64,000 bases of DNA from positions 2,738,024 through 2,802,023 of the forward strand of contig JAEAOA010001935.1 in NCBI GenBank assembly GCA_016746295.1, read 5' to 3'. The position numbers and the translations under genes are program-made. Positions 13,635 through 28,015 of the stretch are shown one piece after another. Numbering within the stretch: position 1 is the first letter of the stretch; every line of letters begins with the position of its first letter. Under the pieces are notes generated by a model. The model had not been told where the DNA came from and did no database searches. It saw only the letters and a list, made by a program, of their open reading frames with translations. The DNA comes from Potamilus streckersoni. Taxonomy: Eukaryota.

Positions 13635-13726
13635 GTCAGGTGAAAGAGAAAAGCAAGGCAAGGAAGGAGTACAAGGAGGCAATAGACAAAGGACATGGGG
13701 CTTACCTTATGGAAGAAGAAACTCCA
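13635..13726 (+). CDS. PARP4: PARP4 window-exon 6, VIT domain: (G)QVKEKSKARKEYKEAIDKGHGAYLMEEETP
   Basis: Acceptor ttttcag|gt and donor cca|gtaagt. Aligns to human GEIKEKEEAQQEYLEAVTQGHGAYLMSQDAP. Confidence 0.85.
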
Positions 13727-14635
13727 GTAAGTTATTTGTTATCTGTTCCCATTAGTACTGAAAATATTGTGATAACCTCTCAGTCTTTCTAGATCTCTTT
13801 CAACAAGATTGTGTTACCCTTTCTCAATTTTTCTGACTCACTTTCAAAAAGATTGTGATACGCTTTCTAAGTCTTTCTGGCTCTCTTTTGACAAGGATAT
13901 TGTTATACCCTCTCTTCAGTCCTTCTGTCTCTCTTTTGACAAGTCTTATATATGAGTAAACCACTGAATGGAGATTGACAAAACTATTTTCCATATGACA
14001 AAACTATGTGTATGATATTAATTCTGTATTTGTCACCTTCCTATGTATGGATCCTGAAAGAGGGTCAGAAGGACTAATGCAGCAAAATTTTAATTGCAAT
14101 GATATTTTTCAAGTATACTTTGACCAAACTGTACATGGTATTAAGAGACACAATAAGCATAAACAATTTCAGGTTCTGATTTCAGGGTCCTGTCAAGGAT
14201 CAAGTTGAGGATGGGGTTGTAAATATTTCCTTAAAAACTATGGACTTTGCTTTTGAAGTTTTTGAAGTTTCTCTAATTTAAGGTTTCTGTATGTTTGACA
14301 TAATGCTCATCAAAAACTTGCTTTAAAAATATTTTATGCCCCAACTTATACTAGTTTTATAGTGCTATCCACTTTTCACATTTCTATGTGCATATGATAA
14401 GGTTTTCTGGCATAATAATGAGCAATATTTCTATCCTTCATCACATGATTACAGTCTTTCATCACATGAATCTGGTTTTTCTCCCTAACGTTTGAAGGAC
14501 AGCAAGAATTGCTGCTAAATTTGATGTTTTACATTCAGAAGATCATGTCAGACAAAATTAAACCCAGTTATATCCCATTTGGCATTTTATGAACCTAACA
14601 GTTTAGCATTGTAAGTTGAAGAATTTCCATAAAAT

Positions 14636-17600
14636 ATGTCATGATTCATGGTAAATCTGAAACTAAGTCAAGATTCATGGTACATTTGCATTTGAGCTAT
14701 AGCTCCAAAGTCAATCAAGATTCATGGTACATTTGCATTTGAGCTATAGCTCCATAGTCAATCAAGATTCATGGTACATTTGCATTTGAGCTATAGCTCC
14801 ATAGTCAATCAAGATTCATGGTACATTTGCAGGTGAGCTATAGTTCCAAAGTCAATCAAGATTCATGGTACATTTGCATTTGAGCTATAGCTCCATAGTC
14901 AATCAAGATTCATTGTACATTTGCAGGTGAGCTATAGCTCCATAGTCAATCAAGATTCATGGTACATTTGCATTTGAGCTATAGCTCCATAGTCAATCAA
15001 GATTCATGGTACATTTGCATTTGAGTTATAGCTCCAAAGTCAATCAAGATTCATGGTATTTTTGCATTTGAGCTATAGCTCCATAGTCAATCAAAATTCA
15101 TGGTACATTTACAGGTGAGCTATAGCTCCATAGTCAATCAAGATTCATGGTACAATTGCAGGTGAGCTATAGCTCCAAAGTCAATCAAGATTCATGGTAC
15201 ATTTGCATTTGAGCTATAGCTCCATAGTCAATCAAAATTCATGGTACATTTGCATTTGAGCTTTAGCTTCAAAGTCAGTCAAAATTCATGGTATATTTGC
15301 ATTTGAGCTATAGCTCCATAGTCAATCAAGATGCATGGTACATTTGCAGGTGAGCTATAGCTCCATAGTCAATCAAAATTCATGGTACATTTGCATTTGA
15401 GCTATAGCTCCATACTCAATCAAAATTCATGGTACTTTTGCATTTGAGCTATAGCTCCAAAGTCAATCAAGATTCATGGTACATTTGCATTTGAGCTATA
15501 GCTCCATAGTCAATCAAAATTCATGGTACATTTGCATTTGAGCTATAGCTCCAAAGTCAATCAAAATTCATGGTTCATTTGCATTTGAGCTATAGCTTCA
15601 AAGTCAGTCAAAATTCATGGTACATTTGCATTTGAGCTATAGCTCCATAGTCAATCAAGATTCATGGTATAGTTGCATTTGAGCTATAGCTCCATAGTCA
15701 ATCAAGATTCATGGTACATTTGCATTTGAGCTATCAAGATTCATGGTACAATTGCAGGTGAGCTATAGCTTCATAGTCAATCAAGATTCATGGTACATTT
15801 GCATTTGAGCTATAGCTCCATAGTCAGTCAAAATTCATGGTATATTTGCATTTGAGCTATAGCTCCATAGTCAATCAAGATTCATGGTACATTTGCAGGT
15901 GAACTATAGCTCCATAGTCAATCAAGATTCATGGTACATTTGCAGGTGAGCTATAGCTCCATAGTCAATCAAAATTCATGGTACATTTGCATTTGAGCTA
16001 TAGCTCCATAGTCAATCAAGATTTCTTGGTACATTTGCATTTGAGCTATAGCTCCATAGTCAATCAAAATTCATGGTACATTTGCAGGTGAGCTATAGCT
16101 CCATAGTCAATCAAAATTCATGGTACATTTGCAGGTGAGCTATAGCTCCATAGTCAATCAAGATTTCATGGTACATTTGCAGGTGAGCTATAGCTCCATA
16201 GTCAATCAAAATTCATGGTACATTTGCAGGTGAGCTATAGCTCCATAGTCAATCAAGATTCATGGTACATTTGCATTTGAGCTATTGCTCCATAGTCAGT
16301 CAGAATTCATGGTACATTTGCATTTGAGCTATAGCTCCATAGTCAATCAAGATTCATGGTACATTTGCAGGTGAGCTATAGCTCCATAGTCAATCAAAAT
16401 TCATGGTACATTTGCAGGTGAGCTATAGCTCCATAGTCAATCAAGATTCATGGTACATTTGCATTTGAGCTATTGCTCTATAGTCAGTCAGAATTCATGG
16501 TACATTTGCATTTGAGCTATAGCTCCATAGTCAATCAAGATTCATGGTACATTTGCAGTTGAGCTATAGCTCCATAGTCAGTCAAAATTCATGGTATATT
16601 TGCATTTGAGCTATAGCTCCATAGTCAATCAAGATTCATGGTACATTTGCAGGTGAACTATAGCTCCATAGTCAATCAAGATTCATGGTACATTTGCAGG
16701 TGAGCTATAGCTCCATAGTCAATCAAAATTCATGGTACATTTGCATTTGAGCTATAGCTCCATAGTCAATCAAGATTTCTTGGTACATTTGCATTTGAGC
16801 TATAGCTCCATAGTCAATCAAAATTCATGGTACATTTGCAGGTGAGCTATAGCTCCATAGTCAATCAAAATTCATGGTACATTTGCAGGTGAGCTATAGC
16901 TCCATAGTCAATCAAGATTTCATGGTACATTTGCAGGTGAGCTATAGCTCCATAGTCAATCAAAATTCATGGTACATTTGCAGGTGAGCTATAGCTCCAT
17001 AGTCAATCAAGATTCATGGTACATTTGCATTTGAGCTATTGCTCCATAGTCAGTCAGAATTCATGGTACATTTGCATTTGAGCTATAGCTCCATAGTCAA
17101 TCAAGATTCATGGTACATTTGCAGGTGAGCTATAGCTCCATAGTCAATCAAAATTCATGGTACATTTGCAGGTGAGCTATAGCTCCATAGTCAATCAAGA
17201 TTCATGGTACATTTGCATTTGAGCTATTGCTCTATAGTCAGTCAGAATTCATGGTACATTTGCATTTGAGCTATAGCTCCATAGTCAATCAAGATTCATG
17301 GTACATTTGCAGTTGAGCTATAGCTCCATAGTCAATCAAAATTCATGGTACATTTGCATTTGAGGTATAGCTCCATAGTCAATCAAGATTTCATGGTACA
17401 TTTGCAGGTGAGCTATAGCTCCATAGTCAATCAAAATTCATGGTACATTTGCAGGTGAGCTATAGCTCCATAGTCAATCAAAATTCATGGTACATTTGCA
17501 TTTGAGCTATAGCTCCATAGTCAATCAAGATTCATGGTACATTTGCAGGTGAGCTATAGCTCCATAGTCAATCAAAATTCATGGTACATTTGCAGGTGAG

Positions 17601-17850
17601 CTATAGCTCCATAGTCAATCAAGATTCATGGTACATTTGCAGGTGAGCTATAGCTCCATAGTCAATCAAAATTCATGGTACATTTGCAGGTGAGCTATAG
17701 CTCCATAGTCAATCAAGATTCATGGTACATTTGCAGGTGAGCTATAGCTCCATAGTCAATCAAAATTCATGGTACATTTGCAGGTGAGCTATAGCTCCAT
17801 AGTCAATCAAAATTCATGGTACATTTGCAGGTGAGCTACTGCTCTTTTAC
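14636..17850. repeat. Very large minisatellite with a 47-bp unit (tcaatcaagattcatggtacatttgcatttgagctatagctccatag, alternating catttgag/caggtgag and caagatt/caaaatt variants), about 68 copies over 3.2 kb
   Basis: Period 47 bp measured between successive tcaatcaag motifs. Confidence 0.95.
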
Positions 17851-18368
17851 CTTAAAAGTTTTGGTCAGTTATAGTATTGTAGGTATACATGTTACCTAGA
17901 CTTTTAGAACTATTATTTCACCCCTAGGTTCATATAATGCATTGCATTACAAGATGAATTCATGTATTATGACAAATATTTGCACAAAATGTGTTTCCTG
18001 AATTTGAGACTTGACCCATATGTCACAGGTTGGAAACTGTTGAGATCCCCAACCCATAACTAAATATTCAGTTGTAGACTGTATAAAATATTAACAATCA
18101 TTTATAACCTAAAAACAAATGATAAAATCTCCAAGTTTATGGTGTTACATAATTGATGTGATTTAAAGATGAGCAAATTCACCTAGTCTTCACGAATACC
18201 CTGAAAAGAGTACGTTTAAATTTTGGGGCTTTTAGTACTATAACAGCTTTTTCTAGTTAAATTTGAAAATAAATCTTATGCTTTTATAAGAATTGTATAA
18301 GTAACAATAGTAATTTAAGAAAAATTTTGTATGTTTAGTTCATTATTTAATTCTTCCTTCCATTACAG

Positions 18369-18533
18369 GATGTATTCTCCGTCAGCGTTGGTAATTTACC
18401 ACCCAATAGTGATGTCCTAATTAAAATTACCTTCATTACTGAACTGCAAGTCTCTGGAGATAATGTATGTTTTTATCTACCATCTTCCGTGGCCCCATGG
18501 CTAAAGGATGCAGCACTAGCTCAGGAAGCACAG
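18369..18533 (+). CDS. PARP4: PARP4 window-exon 7, VIT domain: DVFSVSVGNLPPNSDVLIKITFITELQVSGDNVCFYLPSSVAPWLKDAALAQEAQ
   Basis: Acceptor ccattacag|gat and donor cacag|gtgata. Matches human DVFTVSVGNLPPKAKVLIKITYITELS...ATVAPW. Confidence 0.9.
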
Positions 18534-18954
18534 GTGATAAACATTAATCCCATAATATTTGTATTAGTTTTATAATAGCATGCCATAAAATTAAGTATTA
18601 CACTTTGATTAAATTCCTAGCAACATGGCATTGCTAAATCATGGGTAAGTTTTCATATAATGTTAACTATCAGTAGCATAACCCACCTTTATAAAAAACG
18701 GGAAAATATATATGACACTTTTTAGAACAACACAAAACAATAACATGTATAGTCATCATACTACTTACACAAGCAGTCTGTTCCATGTCATAGTTACTGT
18801 AAATCACAAAAATATAAGCAAGCCTGAAATGTTACTGAATTTGTGAGTGATCTAATTTTCACTAAACTTCTGTTCATTTAAAAAAAATTACTCAAAAGAA
18901 CACAATATGTATTCTTTAAGTGTTAAAACCTGTTGTTCCAGAACCAGAATTACA

Positions 18955-19845
18955 AGGACTGGTAAGGTATTGACTTGGTAGAAGGACTGATTTGCTGTTG
19001 ACTAGGTAGAAGGACTGGTATGCTATTGACTAGGTAGAAGGACTTGTATGCTGTTGATGTGGTAGAAGGACTGGGTATGCTGTTGACTAGGTAGAAAAAC
19101 TGGTATGCTATTGACTAGGTAGAAGGACTGGGTATGCTATTGACTAGGTAGAAGGACTGGTATGCTGTTGACTAGGTAGAAGGACTGGTAATGCTATTGA
19201 CTAGGTAGAAGGACTGGCATGATCTTGACTAGGTAGAAAAACTGGTATGCTGTTGACTAGGTAGAAGGACTGAGTATGCTGTTGACTAGGTAGAAGGACT
19301 GGTATGCTGTTGACTAGGTAGAAGGACTGGTATGCTATTGACTAGGTAGAAGGACTGGGTATGCTGTTGACTAGGTAGAAGGACTGGTATGCTGTTGACT
19401 AGGTAGAAGGACTGGGTATGCTGTTGACTAGGTAGAAGGACTGGGTATGCTATTGACTAGGTAGAAGGACTGAGTATGCTGTTGACTAGGTAGAAAAACT
19501 GGTATGCTATTGACTAGGTAGAAGGACTGGGTATGCTATTGACTAGGTAGAAGGACTGGTATGCTGTTGACTAGGTAGAAGGACTGAGTATGCTGTTGAC
19601 TAGGTAGAAGGACTGGGTATGCTGTTGACTAGGTAGAAGGACTGGGTATGCTGTTGACTAGGTAGAAGGACTGAGTATGCTGTTGACTAGGTAGAAAAAC
19701 TGGTATGCTGTTGACTAGGTAGAAGGACTGAGTATGCTATTGACTAGGTAGAAGGACTGGTATGCTGTTGACTAGGTAGAAGGACTGAGTATGCTGTTGA
19801 CTAGGCAGAAGGACTGGTATGCTGTTGACTAGGTATAAGGACTTG
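18955..19845. repeat. Minisatellite with a 28-29-bp unit (ctaggtagaaggactggtatgctgttga), about 31 copies
   Basis: Direct periodicity. Variants ggtatg/gggtatg/gagtatg. Confidence 0.95.
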
Positions 19846-20239
19846 TTTTTAAGAATTACTGCTGATGATGTTTAGCTTGTAATTGTATTGAACAGATAGA
19901 TGTTACTATCAAATGTGCTTCATTTTGTTTGTGTTTTGATAATCCGTTTCTGTGGGAATAAAGCAATCATTTCATTTTGTGTTTGATAATCCTTTTTTGT
20001 TGAAAAAGTGATACCATTTGTGTTTTACATTGCTTAGCATACAAACACACATATTACTTGAATATGATTGTAAATTCAGTAAAACGTTATATTTTGCCCA
20101 TTTGTAATTTCCTAAGGGCTGTTTGAGGAAAGGCAGTTTTTTTAAAAAATTATATGCAAGGAAACTGATTACTCAAAGAGTTCATAGGAAAATAATACAA
20201 AATTCTTAATTACATCTGTGGATGACTACTCCATGACAG

Positions 20240-20960
20240 AATGCAACAGCAGGTGTATGTTTCACTGATTATGCATTACAGTATTCACTGGCAGATCATG
20301 GTGTATATTTCACTGATTATGCATTACAGTATACAATGGCAGATCATGTTGTATATTTATTCATTGGCAGATCATGGTGTATATATCACTGATTATGCAT
20401 TACAGTATTCACTGGCAGATCATGGTGTATATTTCACTGATTATGCATTACAGTATACAATGGCAGATCATGGTGTATATTTATTCATTGGCAGATCATG
20501 GTGTATATATCACTGATTATGCATTACAGTATTCACTGGCAGATCATGGTGTATATTTCACTGATTATGCATTACAGTATACAATGGCAGATCATGGTGT
20601 ATATTTATTCATTGGCAGATCATGGTGTATATATCACTGATTATGCATTACAGTATTCACTGGCAGATCATGGTGTATATTTCACTGATTATGCATTACA
20701 GTATACAATGGCAGATCATGGTGTATATTTCACTGATTATGCATTATAGTATACAATGGCAGATCATGGTGTATATTTCACTGATTATGCATTACAGTAT
20801 ACAATGGCAGATCATGGTGTATATTTCACTGATTATGCATTACAGTATACAATGGCAGATCATGGTGTATATTTCACTGATTATGCATTACAGTATTCAC
20901 TGGCAGATCATGGTGTATATTTCACTGATTATGCATTACAGTATACCATGGCAGATCTTA
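20240..20960. repeat. Minisatellite with a 48-bp unit (cagatcatggtgtatatttcactgattatgcattacagtatacaatgg), partly in about 124-bp higher-order units, about 15 copies
   Basis: Periodicity read directly. The overlapping + ORFs 20241-21008 are repeat artifacts. Confidence 0.9.
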
Positions 20961-22411
20961 TACATAGATGTATATATTAGAGACCTTAAACCCTGTTATA
21001 AATTGTAACTGGTAGTTTTGATTGGATTTAGAATTTTGATCCATTTCCAGGGTGGAGCAGGGGTGGGGTGGTGGGGTTTCTTGTTAATAAGTATACTATA
21101 ATGTATTTTAAAACATAGTAATGTCTTAAATTCTGCAGAAATAGGTTTTGAAGTCCTCCAACTGTGTAATAAAATACCAGTTTGAGGTAGCACTGTAAAC
21201 TGAGAAACCTCTGTTTAGTGGTTGCTATTTTTTGTTGTTAAATTGGGATGTACATAGTAGGTTTATAATTTCATCGCAATACCTTGTTACAGAGCTTGCA
21301 TGTGTATAGGAATAGTGGGAGGTGGGAATAACTGAGGAAATCATGAAGAGAATAGTGCTTTTATTGCAGACATCAATTTTTAACAATAAAAAAAAATACT
21401 TCTTAGCATTACAGTTGTGTGAATTTTCATGAGGTAGCAGTTTGCAGATTTCAGGGTTGTTACAAATCACAAATTCAGAGTCCCACTGAACTATCACCCT
21501 ACTATAGAGACATGAAGACATTTTTTTAGTTGCATAAATGTAAAAATTGACAAAAATCATAATTTGCAAAGGCAGGAAAGGTGGTACAAAATTCAATGAA
21601 TTCACAATATACTAATTCAAAGACTAGGCCTTTATCCCAATTGTGAGTTTGATTGGTTCTCAAAATTTTACGTTTGGATATACTTTGTCTCTATTTGTAA
21701 CAATGTAAAACTGATACAGGATGTAAAAGTAGTTTTTAGCTATCTGATTTTTGCAGAATAGGTTAAAATACTTTGACATAAAACCATGCTAATGCACATT
21801 CAATAATAAATTTATTGTTAAAAAGATAATTGTTTGAAAATGTTTTGATTAATCACAATTATTATTTTTTCATAATAAAGAATTAGAAATTTTGTGCTTA
21901 CATTTTGATTTTGAGAGAATATATGTCTTTCATTTCTAGCACCTTGATGAGAATCCCTTAACTGATGGCTTTAGTTTATAGAAGGTTATAATTGTATATT
22001 GTACTATCTGACTCGTTATGAAGGGATTCGATGTACAAGACATTCAGGCTTTATTCAGAATGATCAACATAAAAAAAAATGTCAAAATGTGGATGTAATT
22101 TCCAGTTGTCGTTCCTATCAAGCTTAGGCAGGATATAGGTTTCTTTATTTCAACAATGTTGTTACTGTATTTGCATAGCTGTCAGTACTATGTGGTCTTT
22201 AAATTTAGCTCATGACCATTTCTCAAAAACTGCTGGATGTATATTGAAACTAGATAACTGACAACATCTGGAGAAATGCTACTCACCCATCACAGAGGTA
22301 AGTGACATTGGATTGGGTTAAGGCAAGGGTAAGATTAGGTTAGGATAAGGAATTGTGCATTGAAAGAGAAGATTATGCAAAAATAGACATTGTATAAAAT
22401 TCTTTTTACAG

Positions 22412-22534
22412 GAAAGCCTTCATTCTGTGAAAATAAAGGACAACAAAAGATGTGAATGCTCAGTTCAGGTTTCTGTTGAGATGCCCTTTGACATCAGGAA
22501 GATCTACTCACCAACTCATAGATTAAAAGTCAAG
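22412..22534 (+). CDS. PARP4: PARP4 window-exon 8: ESLHSVKIKDNKRCECSVQVSVEMPFDIRKIYSPTHRLKVK
   Basis: Acceptor tttttacag|gaa and donor aag|gtagcg. Aligns to human SLTMSIEMPYVIEFIFSDTHELKQK. Confidence 0.8.
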
Positions 22535-24566
22535 GTAGCGTAGAATAGACAATAAGTAAATTAAATTGAATTTTTTTCTGAAATAAATCATAATATATTT
22601 TGTTAGCATTTAGAAAATAACACGGTATTTTTTCTGTGAATATGAAAAAAGTAAAGTAAATATTGGCATTTGGGGTATACAGGAATAGTCTTGTTTCTGT
22701 CCTTGTTTTTTTGTGTGGATTACCTGACTTTAAGGTCAAGTGATCTTTTACTGTAGTCCTGCAGCCATTCATCAACACTTGCTATGTTACCCATCTGGAG
22801 GCAGTTTCTTACCCAATTTTGATTAACTTGGAAGGATGATGACCAGGATCTTGTGTATGCTTGGAATGACTTGTTATCACCAGTAGCTTCTCGTGGGTCT
22901 GTATTTCTTTTTGCGGATTTCCTGGTTTCTTTCTCCACCATAATACTGGCTGCCATGTATAGCCTATCATGTGCTGAAAAATGGCTTTATGCCCCAGAAC
23001 AACAACAACAACAACAGCAACTTGTTAGCACTCAAGAGATTGTATTTCTGATCTGATTTTTGATCAAACTTGGTAAGTAGGCTTATATGATCAAGATTTC
23101 AATTGAATATAGTTTTGACTGAGCTGTTATTTCATCTAATCATCATCAGATTGTCAGTATTTTTGCAACACAAACTTGGTAAATATGTTTACATTATCAA
23201 ATTATCCATTAGTTTATTATGAGCAGATTCTGTTCATATTAATCAAGTGTCCTTGCATCTAATTGGTTGAGCTGCTATGAGTCAAGAGAGAGTATTTCAT
23301 ACTTGATTGTGATCAAACTTGGTAAATGGAGGTAATATTTAGAAGTTGGATGATTTTGTTTTTACTTTCAACAAATCCTATGCATATTTTAGCTTCTTAC
23401 CAAGTATATAACAGCTGTATTTCTGATCAGATTTTGATCTGATTTGACTTGGTAAATAGGCCTAAATCATCAAGAATATAGCTGTGAGTGAGATCCATGC
23501 ATATTAATGAGGTGATTTTTCATTTGATTGGCTTGTCAAAACACTTTAGTGACTCCATTTCTGAAGAGTTTGTTTATCAGACTTGGTAAAAAATCTTATA
23601 TCAGAATTTTCAATAAGTTTTTATGTGAGAGGGATCTATGCATATTAATGAATTGATCATGCATGTCATTGACAGAGCTGTGTACATAACTTTTACTCCG
23701 AGTCCTGTGTACATGAGTTTTACTCCTGTGTATGTTTATGAGTTGATCATGCATCTTATTGTGTGAGATCACATTTTTTGTAGGATTGTGATCAGACATT
23801 GGATTATATCATCAAGGTTTATTTGATCATTATTATTATTTTCATCAAACCAACCATGTTTGTTGACATTCTAGGAAATATATTTCTGATTAGATTTTGA
23901 ATAGTCTAATGTTGCCAAGCTGTTGTATAAATTTGATTAAGAATAAGGTCTGTGAATGTTATAGTTAATCACCTGAGATCTGTGCATGTTAATGAAGTAA
24001 TTTTCAGTCTCATTGTCTGCTTAGCTGAGCTTGTAATCTCTCTAGAGACTGTCATCTAATTTCACTAAAACAAGTAAATAGGTTTATGTAATAAGGATCA
24101 TTGATAGCTTCAGTTATGAGCAAGAGACAAGGCATGCTATAATGTTTAAGGGGAAATAATTTTTTTCAGATTGCTGTTTAAAAGAGACAAAAACTATATT
24201 ATATAAAAATTTTGAAATTTGGGTGCCATATTGTCTCAAATATCATGATTATTAAAGAATTATTGTTGTTGCAAAGAAGGTGATTATTATTAAATGTTAT
24301 TACTACTTTATTTACAGTAATAAAAACAATCTTGGCTTAAATTTCTGAATAAATGTTTATGATTCACTCCATCTGCATCATTGTTTTTCGTAGTCAAACT
24401 GCATTTAAATGAATCACTTGCCTTGTATAGATACAGATAAAAATTAGTTACTAAATGAAAGTGCTCACACCAGTAAAATGTTTTAGGTTAATTTATAGAA
24501 AACAAAGTACCTGAAATAGGCACCGAGTAAAATTGTTAAGATATCAAATTATTAATTCTTTGCCAG

Positions 24567-24701
24567 AAAACAGATACAAAGGCAGTTGTAGAAATACCAA
24601 AGAACTCCAGGCTGGATGAGGGATTTGAACTTCAGGTTTCACTTGCAGAAATCCATGTGCCAAGAATGTGGGTGGAAGATCATACAGAAAAAGATTCACA
24701 G
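24567..24701 (+). CDS. PARP4: PARP4 window-exon 9: KTDTKAVVEIPKNSRLDEGFELQVSLAEIHVPRMWVEDHTEKDSQ
   Basis: Acceptor tttgccag|aaa and donor cacag|gtgcgt. Aligns to human RTDCKAVISTMEG...LPRMWVEKHPEKESE. Confidence 0.85.
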
Positions 24702-25085
24702 GTGCGTACTCACCAGACTAACTGTATTGCAGTTTATTGATGCCATGAACTTGTAGCATTTTATGACTGAGATTGCAATATTCTGATTCCAAAGTATGTG
24801 TAATATAAAAAATAGCATTGATCCCAGAATGGGATTCATGTTTATAGCCATGTTTTATGATGGACTGTGCTGTACTGAGCTTCTTTTATAATGAGGGGTC
24901 CCTATAGTAATAGTGACATTTAAAGTTCTGATTTTAGGTCCAGGTACTTAAATTTATACAGGTGCAAGACACAGTCTGGTTAACAATCAGGCGCATAATT
25001 GACCAATCAGTGTGAGGTGCAGTCTGGCTAATAATCAGACAATAGCAGGTCTATATCTAAGCTGTTGACACATTTTTCAATAACT

Positions 25086-25087
<2 letters not shown>

Positions 25088-25125
<38 letters not shown>
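25088..25125. repeat. (TC)n microsatellite
   Basis: Uninterrupted tc dinucleotide run. Confidence 0.95.
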
Positions 25126-25126
<1 letters not shown>

Positions 25127-25467
25127 GTAAGTTGTTGAAGACATTTTTCAATAACTGATCTTTCTCTATCTGTAAGCTGTTGGCACATTTTTAAGTAACT
25201 GATCTCTCTATCTGTAATCTGTTGACACATTTTTTTAAATAACTGATCTCTCTATCTGTTAGCTGTTGACACATATTGAAATTGCTACTCTATGTTTATG
25301 CTGATTGCAGATGCATAGGCCTCTTGTGGAACAAGTACATCAGTAATTTAGATGCAATATTTCTTGAAATGATGTCATGCACCCTTCCCCCATGACAAAC
25401 AAGTTTATATTACACAAATGCATTGAATTCTGATCTGTTGTTGATTTTTCTGATTTTTACTTTTTAG

Positions 25468-25587
25468 GCCTGCATGTTGACCTTCTACCCAGAGTTTGAG
25501 AGTGAGAAAGAGGAATCAGCTGAAATTCTTTTCCTAATTGACATGTCAAATTCTATGAAAGGTGATGCTGAAAGAGATGCTAAAAAG
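25468..25587 (+). CDS. PARP4: PARP4 window-exon 10, start of vWA domain with MIDAS motif: ACMLTFYPEFESEKEESAEILFLIDMSNSMKGDAERDAKK
   Basis: Acceptor ctttttag|gcc and donor aaaaag|gtcagc. ACML is identical to human ACMLVFQPDL. DMSNS equals the DxSxS MIDAS motif (human DCSSS). Confidence 0.9.
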
Positions 25588-26401
25588 GTCAGCCTTCTAC
25601 ATTCATCCTTACATTGGTGTTTTAAATTTTAATAAAAGTTATAACAGAAACAATCAAGACCTGTTATGCATCATATTGATCCACTCTTAAAATATTGCTT
25701 CTGTGAGTGATAAGTAATAAAATAAAACGTAAACTTTTTTTCACCAAGAAACTGTTAGATGTACCTGTGGTTTGACTCAAATTAATGGAGAGTATTTTGG
25801 TATTAAGACAAATAAGATTATGCCATTCAGTCTTGAAATGTTGTTTCTATTAATGAAATAAAACAAAATCTTGAAAAAGCTTCATCAAAAAATCAACTTA
25901 CAATAGACACATATTGATCTTATTAGACAAAGAACATCTTGGCATCAAGCCCCTAATTATTTTTACTAATGTAACTAATTGTCAGATATAGTAATGGATT
26001 AGATAGAACTTCAAAAGAATTTTTTAAAAATATTTTGACCACCATCAGACGAATTTCATAGAGAGAATCATGGCAGAAACCCTTGCTCTTGTCTCTGTCC
26101 TACTGCCCCTACAATGTCTTCAAAATCACCCACACACACACACACAAAGCTCCTATGTGCAGACAATTGCATTGTTTCATTTCAATTGTATCTTTCTGCA
26201 TAACTGCCTGCTTCATTTTATTGCATAATATAAATTTGATGATTAAATCACTTTTTTTCAAACAAAACATAATAAAGCACATGATCTCCAGTTCAAAATA
26301 CAAGCCATAGTCAACATATACCAATGTTAACAAAGTGCCTTTCCCTGCCATATGAAATTTGTAGTTGAATTTCTGCATTAAAAATGTCTTTTTCATTAAA
26401 G

Positions 26402-26542
26402 GTGCTTGATCTTGCATTGGATCAGCTGCCAGCAGACTACTACTTCAACATAACTGTATTTGGCACATCACACTCGGACTTGTTTTCTGCCTCACAGAGA
26501 GTATCCAAGGGGACACTTGAGAAAGCACAGGAACATGTCAGA
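26402..26542 (+). CDS. PARP4: PARP4 window-exon 11, vWA domain: VLDLALDQLPADYYFNITVFGTSHSDLFSASQRVSKGTLEKAQEHVR
   Basis: Acceptor cattaaag|gtg and donor aga|gtaaga. Aligns to human IALHALSLVGEKQKVNIIQFGTGYKELF. Confidence 0.8.
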
Positions 26543-27329
26543 GTAAGAATTGTTACATAATACCATGTATCTCTTACTTTTCATTATTATGCATCAGTAA
26601 TGTATCACAGCAAAGCACCACAAAGAATATGTATTCCATGTCTTTGGCTGGTAAATGTAATGCAAGTTATATGACTGAATATTTCTTAGCAGTTTATTTC
26701 ATCAAGGAATTTGCATATTTTTAAGAGACCTCCATTTGGATGTATATATATGAAAATTATAAAAAAATAATAATAAAAACAATTTTAAAGACTCATAAAA
26801 TGTAGAAAGAACTCTGCTTGTTTTGTGTAAAGAGAAATCAGTTTGTTTCATGTAGAAAAAGTTCAGTTTGTTTTGTATAGAAAAAATTCAGTTTAAAAAT
26901 AAAAGAGAATTCAGTTTCTTTTATATAGAAAGTATACAGTTCATTTCAGATTGTCTAGATGAAAATTAAAAGTTCTTGATGAATTTTAAAAAATGGTCTT
27001 GACAAATAAAATATTTCTGATGAACATGAAAATGATGTGATGAAACAAAATTGTTGTTGAACTTTAAATATTGCAGGAGCATTATTTGAGTCAGCAGACT
27101 TCTTTCTGTGTACATACATTTTGTGTCAGGTGCTTTGGACACCATTCCTTCCAAATGGATAGTCACATTCAAACTGGGAGCTCTCACTTGATATATTTTA
27201 ATATCAAATTCAGTTTATCATTTTCTCCCAATCGGATACTCAAATGCTATACTAATAACGTAAAGGTCATGCTTGTTTAATATGTTTATTTTACAGTTTC
27301 AAATAGGAAAAATATGAACACTTTATTCA

Positions 27330-27860
27330 TGCTGGTATCAGCTTAGCTTTATTCCACTAACCTGGGATCAACCCAGAATACACTCTATGCAGGGATAAGC
27401 TTAGCATAGATTTAGTTACGATGGGATAAGCCCAGGATACTCTAGTATGCTGCGATCAACCTAGCACATAGTCTGCATATGGTAAGCTGGGATAAGCCCA
27501 GAATACACTTGAATGCTGGGATCTGCCTAGCACATAGTCTGCTTAAGCTGGAATCAGCCTAGCACAGTCTACAGAAGCTGGGATCAGCCCAGAATACACT
27601 TGTATGCAGGATCAGTCTAGCACCAATTATATTTGAGATGGGATCTGCCAGAATATACTATGATGCTGGGATCAGCCTAGTATAGATTTACTTGAAGATG
27701 GGATCAGTCAACCATAATACACTCAAATGCTGGGATCAGCATAGTGCAATGCATACCTTAAGCCGGGATCAGCCCAGAATACACTCAAATGTTAGGATCA
27801 GCTTTGCGCTGATTTTACTGTAGCTGGGATCAGCCTAGCTCTGATTCTTCTTGAGCTTGA
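27330..27860. repeat. Degenerate tandem repeat, about 55 bp (gctgggatcagcctagcacatagtctgc...cccagaatacact)
   Basis: Recurring gggatcagcc and agaatacact motifs at regular spacing. Confidence 0.75.
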
Positions 27861-27877
27861 ATCAGCCCACTATCGGT

Positions 27878-28015
27878 GTAAAATTGATCAAGAAATTTAT
27901 TTCAACTAGAATATTTTAAATGATGTGTAAAGTGTGAATTATTTGCAAAACAATTGTTACCCTCATCCCCTCATAAAAGAGGGGTGATATTTTTGTCTAA
28001 ATCATTGGCTATATA
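27878..28015 (+). repeat. About 140-bp dispersed repeat, copy 1 (tgtaaaattgatcaagaaatttatttcaactagaatattttaaatgatgtg...). Copy 2 is at 38402-38536
   Basis: About 92% identity between the two copies, same orientation. Confidence 0.8.

Noticed and set aside
20241-21008. Cluster of overlapping + strand ORFs (MVYISLIMHYSIHWQI)n and (MADHGVYFTDYALQYT)n
   Set aside because: A 48-bp tandem repeat read in two frames.
22996-23030. (CAA/CAG)n run giving a polyglutamine stretch in ORF 22853..23056
   Set aside because: The location is intronic. The ORF has no splice context or homology and is a chance open frame over a short trinucleotide repeat.
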